Virus record (IMG/VR): IMGVR_UViG_3300031957_002446
Span: 1-53,249 of that record
DNA length: 53,249 bases
Source: a virus
Lineage: Duplodnaviria > Caudoviricetes
Reading direction: 5' to 3' (one strand)
The position numbers were made by a program, and so were the translations under genes. Below the pieces are notes generated by a model. The model was not told the origin of the DNA. It saw nothing but the letters and a program-made list of their open reading frames with translations, and ran no database searches. This document shows, one piece after another, positions 48,378-53,249 of the stretch (positions are counted from its first letter, which is position 1; every line of letters begins with the position of its first letter).

Positions 48378-50290
48378 TGTATTCTAATATAACTCCCGTT
48401 GGAATAACTTGAAGTGACTGGGAAACCAACTCCCGATATTTCTTCACCAGAACTAATAGTGTCCTTAAGCATATTTATTGTGCTTCTGTCAGATGCTAAT
48501 GCGATGTAGATATTCTTTAACCCAATTACATCATTACTTTCTGGATACATTTGAACTTCAACCAATCCTCCAACGACATCTGTGGAAATAATTTTTGTAG
48601 TGTACAAAATTACTTCGCCTTTAATGTAATCAACGCTTCCAGCTTCTTTAACAACAGTAATCGCTTTGTTATTTGAATCTAATTTGATAAAGGAAATTAT
48701 TCCCTTTTTCTTATCTGCATTTGGAGTATCTGTCAAATATAAGGTATCTGGATTTCCAAAAATTTTAAATCCAGTAGATTTTATATTTCTATCATTTTCT
48801 ACATGAATTTCATTTCCATAACAAATCTCATATTGTGCGGATTTGTTTAAACTAATCTTCAAATCCCTTCTTGCTGTAACTCTAGTGATGTTTGAAGTAA
48901 TTGCTGTACTTGTATTATCAATTTTTTGTAGAAGTTTGCTATATTTAAATCTTCCACCAAAATTATTCAGTTCTGAGCTATCTCCAAATGCTTTGATGTT
49001 GTCAGATACCTGAGTTTTGAGAGCTTCAATATCATTCACTTTGCTGGAATTATAATAAACATATGAATCTAGTTCTAGGTACAGAATTTCTAAATCTACA
49101 ATTTTCTGCTTAATTCCTGCAAGAGAATATCTCTTTAGGCGATTAGTTATAAATTCTTTGTTAAAATCGGAAACAAAGAAGTCATTTTTGGGTTTAATAC
49201 TAATAATAACTTCTCCAAATTTTGGAGGATTCAACTCTTCTCCCCCAGTGACAGAAACTGAGTCTGCTGCAGGGTAGATTGTTTTTACTAATGCCTCATA
49301 ATCACTAGCCGTAACCGCTCTGTACTGTGATGAATATAGTTTTGGAGCAAAGTATTTGATAGACTGCAAATCTTCGATCTCAGTGCCTCCTGACGCCTTC
49401 TCTGCAGTTGATACAGTGATAGTTGCAGTTGGAGTGATATCTGCATTCAAAGAATCTTTTAGAATTCCAGAAAATGAGAATAATGAAACGCCATTTGATT
49501 CTGGGCCATCAGTAACAATGTATGTTGCATCAATTTCCGAGTTTGTCTCTAATTTTTTGCCTAGAATTCCATCTCCAAACAATAATTCGTATTTTTCATC
49601 TTTTACTTCTTGTAAAAAGTAAACTTCTGAGTTTTTATCGATGTTTAATATGTTATCAATCAGTGTATATTCAATTCCAGCGGTAGGATCATTTGGAGAT
49701 TTGATTTTTGTGATTAATGTTTCTGTGTCAATAAACGCATTTGGTAAAATAAATCTTTGATCTAGGGATTGATCGACAATAAATGACTTTTTAACGAAAG
49801 AACCCTGATAAATTGAGATATTTTCAAAGGTAGCTGTTCTATCACCAACCAATAATCCGATTCCTGGGTTGTCGAGTGGAGAAACAGTGGTAATATCTTC
49901 GGGAATTGAGAAAATATATGCGGAATTTGCCTCTCTACCAACGCAAACTAGTCCGGCTTTCAGCGTTACGGTCGAACTACTGCCGTAAAACTTAACTGAG
50001 AAGGAAATTTTTGCTCTGGCCGACCTTCTAGAGCGCGGAACATACCCAATATTACGCGCAAGAGAGACAACATTCTCTCTTAACGTCGCAGATTCGATAA
50101 AACTCTCATTTACTGCTAAATTTGAATTAAATGCCGTAATATATGTGTTATATGCAAGCGTATCAATCAAGACTGAGAAGTTAGATCCTTCAAAATCAAA
50201 GTCTGTGAACGTAGAATTCGCCCTCAGATAGTCTTTAATTTGTGTTTTGATCTGGTTAAAGTCCAGATTAGCGTAATTTGTGAACGGCAT
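48374..50290 (-). CDS. gp6: Baseplate wedge subunit
   Basis: LDFNQIK, DFDFEGSNFSVLIDTLAYNTY, FGDGILG, QYRAVTASDY. Confidence 0.96.
   Translation of the reverse strand: MPFTNYANLDFNQIKTQIKDYLRANSTFTDFDFEGSNFSVLIDTLAYNTYITAFNSNLAVNESFIESATLRENVVSLARNIGYVPRSRRSARAKISFSVKFYGSSSTVTLKAGLVCVGREANSAYIFSIPEDITTVSPLDNPGIGLLVGDRTATFENISIYQGSFVKKSFIVDQSLDQRFILPNAFIDTETLITKIKSPNDPTAGIEYTLIDNILNIDKNSEVYFLQEVKDEKYELLFGDGILGKKLETNSEIDATYIVTDGPESNGVSLFSFSGILKDSLNADITPTATITVSTAEKASGGTEIEDLQSIKYFAPKLYSSQYRAVTASDYEALVKTIYPAADSVSVTGGEELNPPKFGEVIISIKPKNDFFVSDFNKEFITNRLKRYSLAGIKQKIVDLEILYLELDSYVYYNSSKVNDIEALKTQVSDNIKAFGDSSELNNFGGRFKYSKLLQKIDNTSTAITSNITRVTARRDLKISLNKSAQYEICYGNEIHVENDRNIKSTGFKIFGNPDTLYLTDTPNADKKKGIISFIKLDSNNKAITVVKEAGSVDYIKGEVILYTTKIISTDVVGGLVEVQMYPESNDVIGLKNIYIALASDRSTINMLKDTISSGEEISGVGFPVTSSYSNGSYIRIQ
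48472..48478 (-). promoter_or_regulatory. Possible late promoter (ATAAATA) inside the gp6 3' end, serving gp7
   Basis: Consensus match ~95 nt upstream of the gp7 start. Confidence 0.5.
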
Positions 50291-50691
50291 TATCGTGTTG
50301 CCTCTAGAATGAAGTTAAATTCTTGTTCTGGAATGGCTGATCCAACAATATTATAGTAAATTATACATTCAAACTCATTTCTATCGGGTCTTGGTCTAAC
50401 CGCAACCCTTACATTATCAACTCTAGGTTCATTTTCTTCGATCAATAATCGAATTTGTAGTTGAATTTCAACTGCAGAACCATAATCTACGAACTCAAAT
50501 AGAGAATCATTAACTTTTGAACCAATATTTGGGTTAAAAAATCGTTCTGTAAACCTAGTTTCTACTAAATTTCGTACAGCTCTTGAAATTGCACGTTCAT
50601 TTTTCAAAATAGGGAGATCTTTAGTGACAGGATGAGGCTCAAAAGACAAAGAAATGTCTTTGAATTCTTTTGAAACCCTGCGAATTGCCAT
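50290..50691 (-). CDS. gp25: Baseplate wedge subunit, gp25/GPW family
   Basis: FKDISLSF..HP...D, AVRNLV.T...ERFFNP.IGS, EPRV. Confidence 0.95.
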   Translation of the reverse strand: MAIRRVSKEFKDISLSFEPHPVTKDLPILKNERAISRAVRNLVETRFTERFFNPNIGSKVNDSLFEFVDYGSAVEIQLQIRLLIEENEPRVDNVRVAVRPRPDRNEFECIIYYNIVGSAIPEQEFNFILEATR

Positions 50692-50712
50692 TTAAAGACT
50701 CAAATCTCTATG

Positions 50713-50720
50713 TATTTATA
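50713..50720 (-). promoter_or_regulatory. Late promoter TATAAATA opening the baseplate operon
   Basis: Perfect T4 late consensus ~21 nt upstream of gp25, just after a terminator. Confidence 0.88.
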
Positions 50721-50740
50721 GGGCATTGGGCACAGACACT

Positions 50741-50775
50741 AAAAAAGGCACCTTGTAGGTTCACAGAGGTGCCTT
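50741..50775 (-). terminator. Rho-independent terminator separating upstream genes from the late structural cluster
   Basis: 9-bp stem AAGGCACCT/AGGTGCCTT followed by a U run. Confidence 0.85.
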
Positions 50776-50792
50776 AGAGGGGGGTTTTAGAA

Positions 50793-50990
50793 TCACTCAA
50801 TCTCTTCAGTTGGTGCTCTTCCAACGTCCAAATCTGCAATTTTGACAAGAACATCTGCAGAAACGTTTACTTCTGCTTCAGGATCACCTTGATCTCGCTT
50901 TTCTCCCATCTGCTTTAGAGCAGAATGAATTGTAGCCCATTCATCTGGAGTGAAAAATTCCTGAACAACTTGTCTATGTGTCTTAGCCAT
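50793..50990 (-). CDS. Hypothetical protein
   Basis: Track ORF 50793..51032; start moved to MAKTHRQ, which overlaps the upstream gene end. Confidence 0.6.
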   Translation of the reverse strand: MAKTHRQVVQEFFTPDEWATIHSALKQMGEKRDQGDPEAEVNVSADVLVKIADLDVGRAPTEEIE

Positions 50991-51144
50991 TGGTTTTGTT
51001 GTAAGTTGGTGGATGAAAAACACAATACTCATTGAATGTGATTTTCATTTCTTTATTAGTTAGGTTGCAATGTTGTGCTGCTTTTGGAAGATTCCATTTA
51101 GCAACAAATAAGTTTTCCATCGCTTCACGGGTTTCAGGTCTCAA
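50983..51144 (-). CDS. Small hypothetical protein (MRPETREAMENLFVAKWNLPKAAQHCNLTNKEMKITFNEYC...), possibly HTH-like
   Basis: Not in ORF track; TTG start overlapping the upstream TGA (alternative ATG at 51120). Confidence 0.7.
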   Translation of the reverse strand: MRPETREAMENLFVAKWNLPKAAQHCNLTNKEMKITFNEYCVFHPPTYNKTNG

Positions 51145-51290
51145 CGGCCTTGACCTCGATAAGGTTTCTTAGCCGAGTTACGGGCGGTCGGCGCAAATTT
51201 TGTGTTCTTTGAACTGCCCTGACGAGTCTTTTTGGGTTTTGACTCAATAAGTGTTTTTCCGCTGATACCAATTTTAGACCTTACAGCCAT
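51141..51290 (-). CDS. Small very basic protein ending YRGQGR (49 aa)
   Basis: Not in ORF track; GAGGA SD and ATG; fills the gap exactly. Confidence 0.8.
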   Translation of the reverse strand: MAVRSKIGISGKTLIESKPKKTRQGSSKNTKFAPTARNSAKKPYRGQGR

Positions 51291-51291
51291 T

Positions 51292-51474
51292 TCATTCCTC
51301 TAGTAGTTGTTTCATTTCGTGACGGAAGTTTTTCGGATTGAGATCCGGGTCTTGCGTCATGTAAAATTCATGAGCATACCATTCCATCTGATCAAAGAAC
51401 TCTTGTTCTGTGAGTTCTTCATGTACCAGGTGTGATCCCTGGTAGACATTGTAAATGTACTTCTTTTTCGCCAT
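51292..51474 (-). CDS. Small hypothetical protein
   Basis: Track ORF 51292..51489; ATG at 51474 preceded by GAGG. Confidence 0.75.
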   Translation of the reverse strand: MAKKKYIYNVYQGSHLVHEELTEQEFFDQMEWYAHEFYMTQDPDLNPKNFRHEMKQLLEE

Positions 51475-51485
51475 TTTGTCAAGCC

Positions 51486-52247
51486 TCAAATAATCCGAGT
51501 TTTTTCGTGACCGACCCGAATGCGAGGGTCACACCAAATCTTATAGCCTGCGGCAATCGCATCTAGACAGAACGATACGTCCTCGCCACACATGTCCTGA
51601 ACCTCTCCAGACTCAAAGACTTGCATCTTCGGTGCAAACCATGGATACTTCATCTCCTTATTCTCAAAGACTCCGTGCTTAATCAGAATCCAACCAAATC
51701 CTGCATAGTCAACAGTGAACGGTTTGTTCCGATTCTTCATCGTGTCCAGAGTTTCATGATTCATGACTCCACCATTCTTGGCAAAGTCATCCTCTTCAAG
51801 CCAGTGAGCAACTGATGTGGTCTTTCCATCCTCAGTACAATACCAACCAGATGCAATATCCTTATCCATGAGTACCAGTTGGTAGAACTTCTCAATGGTA
51901 AAGACAATATCGCTGTCGATCCACAGTTGATAGTCATACTTCAGTTTACCGTCCCAGGGAATTTGATCGGGACCCCGTAGTACATTTGCTCCGAGACACT
52001 TACAGCGAGCAAAGTTTACCATGCTGCTATAGTCTTGTGAAATCTGAATACTCGCTCCACGTTGTACAAGTTCAAAACAAAGTTGTACAAAGTTCTTTAG
52101 AAAGGTATATGATACGCCTCGTCCAGGTAAACAAAATACAATTGTCTTCCCTTTGATCATCTCATGGGCTTTCTCATAGTCCCACTCAACACCACTCTTT
52201 GCAGGTCCTTTGGGTGGTGTTGCCTTTACAGTAAATCCTTTTGCCAT
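51486..52247 (-). CDS. Glycosyltransferase-like (GT-A fold) protein
   Basis: ARCK, YQLWIDSD (DxD), GFGWILI, GEDVSFC, VGH pattern. Confidence 0.8.
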   Translation of the reverse strand: MAKGFTVKATPPKGPAKSGVEWDYEKAHEMIKGKTIVFCLPGRGVSYTFLKNFVQLCFELVQRGASIQISQDYSSMVNFARCKCLGANVLRGPDQIPWDGKLKYDYQLWIDSDIVFTIEKFYQLVLMDKDIASGWYCTEDGKTTSVAHWLEEDDFAKNGGVMNHETLDTMKNRNKPFTVDYAGFGWILIKHGVFENKEMKYPWFAPKMQVFESGEVQDMCGEDVSFCLDAIAAGYKIWCDPRIRVGHEKTRII

Positions 52248-52270
52248 AACGTTAATAAATGGACTTCAAT

Positions 52271-52300
52271 ATGATAACATCATATATAGCAACTTGTCAA
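52271..52300 (-). promoter_or_regulatory. Sigma70-type promoter with a late-like CTATATA in its spacer
   Basis: TTGACA-18 nt-TATCAT with TGn extension, ~24 nt upstream of the ATG at 52247. Confidence 0.7.
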
Positions 52301-52473
52301 TCCTCTGAAGCTTTCTCGATCACAATATCATTCCCGTCTACTCTGAGTTCCAATACTGTTCCCTCGTACCAGCCCATATCGTTGATCAGAAACTCTGGGA
52401 AGTCAATCATATAATCTCCCGTAACCTCATCGACCCCTACAGTTACTAAAATGGGCCCGGAATTTTTTCTCAT
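52297..52473 (-). CDS. AbrB/MazE/SpoVT-like small protein (58 aa)
   Basis: Not in ORF track; IDFPEFLINDMGWYEGTVLELRVDGNDIVIE fits the swapped-hairpin pattern; AAGGGA SD. Confidence 0.75.
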   Translation of the reverse strand: MRKNSGPILVTVGVDEVTGDYMIDFPEFLINDMGWYEGTVLELRVDGNDIVIEKASED

Positions 52474-52475
52474 TT

Positions 52476-52630
52476 ATGGATCCCTTTACATACTTCGATT
52501 ATATATGAAGTCTTAGTTTTACAAAAGGTTAACAGCGAACATTATGGCTGCCATCCGTAACACTTTGTAGACTAAGGGATCCATCCGTTTTATATACGGG
52601 GGCATCGCCGGGCGACGATATAAAATAACG
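52476..52630. ncRNA. Candidate structured non-coding element (cis-regulatory RNA, sRNA or DNA hairpin element)
   Basis: No ORF; four stems found by eye, including a perfect 11-bp inverted repeat 52476-52486/52574-52584. Confidence 0.5.
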
Positions 52631-52646
52631 ACGCACGGTAACTGTC

Positions 52647-52671
52647 AAAAAGGGGAGCTAATCGCCCCCCT
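52647..52671 (-). terminator. Rho-independent terminator of the ardA-like gene
   Basis: AGGGGGGC-GATTA-GCTCCCCT followed by a U run, just after the stop. Confidence 0.8.
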
Positions 52672-52678
52672 GTTGTTA

Positions 52679-53113
52679 TCAGTTATCCCGGAAGATGTGA
52701 ACGGGGCAGTAAGTGCTACCGTCATTAACTGCAGTGAAATCATAATACAAAGAGGAATCCCAAGTTGCCTCCCAATCTACAACAATTCCAGAGGGAATGT
52801 TGTAACCCATTTGATCATAGAACTCCTCTGCAAAATCAGCGGTTGATTGATAGTGACCCTGATAACGTTCTTCCATAGTGTCACACTCAGAGAAACCATA
52901 TTCGGCACAGTAAGCATCAACAGCTTCATAACCGATTGCTTCACCTGCGCTCACATAATCTTCGTAGAAGTGATAAAAATCATCCTCATTGTTCTCATCA
53001 ATGAACTCAATCATTGCCTGCAGATCAAAATCTTGATCGAGCAATTCTTCGATCTGATCAACAGTCTGCTGAGAGAAGATTTCTTTGTAGTTTGCAGTCA
53101 GAGTAACGGACAT
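52679..53113 (-). CDS. ardA: ArdA-like anti-restriction (DNA mimic) protein
   Basis: Highly acidic; EERYQGHYQSTADFAEEF...VDWEATW...YDF.......IFR resembles the ArdA C-terminal part. Confidence 0.7.
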   Translation of the reverse strand: MSVTLTANYKEIFSQQTVDQIEELLDQDFDLQAMIEFIDENNEDDFYHFYEDYVSAGEAIGYEAVDAYCAEYGFSECDTMEERYQGHYQSTADFAEEFYDQMGYNIPSGIVVDWEATWDSSLYYDFTAVNDGSTYCPVHIFRDN

Positions 53114-53150
53114 TTGAGAAAGAAAAGTGTTGTGAATTGAACTTGTGGCC

Positions 53151-53197
53151 AGTGTAGACGATCAGCGGCAGGATTGCTCGGCAGTGTATGACACTTT
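53151..53197 (-). promoter_or_regulatory. Probable early promoter: -10 TACACT with upstream palindrome AGTGT-N3-ACACT
   Basis: TACACT at 53156-53151, poor -35, palindrome at 53183-53195; SD-less pyrimidine-rich leader. Confidence 0.55.
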
Positions 53198-53249
53198 GCA
53201 GATCGTCTCTGCCATCCGGTCGCTGTAGCCCTTCGTCACCCGCACGCCG

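Noticed and set aside
52476-53249. tRNA, CRISPR mini-array or retron msr-msd reading of the structured regions
   Set aside because: No T-loop or cloverleaf; only two gapped repeat copies separated by a gene; no cas or RT gene in the window.
1-53249. Alternative genetic code or stop-codon readthrough
   Set aside because: Core genes are full length under the standard code, and TAA, TAG and TGA all serve as stops.

Overview
A segment of a T4-like cyanophage (cyanomyovirus-type) genome with essentially all genes on the minus strand. In the direction of transcription (right to left): the edge of an early region (ArdA-like anti-restriction gene, a structured ~200-nt non-coding region, AbrB-like, glycosyltransferase-like and several tiny ORFs); baseplate genes (gp25, gp6, a 4507-aa gp7-like protein, gp8, a 2509-aa VrlC/DUF4815-like protein); neck/tail/packaging genes (gp13-gp19); head genes (gp20-gp23); gp3, uvsY, uvsW, late sigma factor gp55, gp47/gp46; and small hypothetical genes. 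T4-type late promoters (NATAAATA) and hairpin terminators punctuate the cluster. I saw no tRNA, rRNA, CRISPR array, intein, intron, transposase or photosynthesis gene. Most notable unexplained structure: (i) a multi-stem non-coding element at 52476-52630 whose closing stem covers the RBS of an AbrB-like gene, plus a bipartite motif ACACTTTGYAGA-N9-CCATCCG on both sides of the ardA-like gene; (ii) a small gene bracketed by 16-bp direct repeats that duplicate an RBS/start/stop junction; (iii) back-to-back sigma70 promoters sharing one -35 box upstream of gp55; (iv) candidate capsid-targeted internal proteins between gp16 and gp17; (v) nested domain insertions in gp7. All calls come from sequence recognition and synteny; no database searches or folding programs were run.
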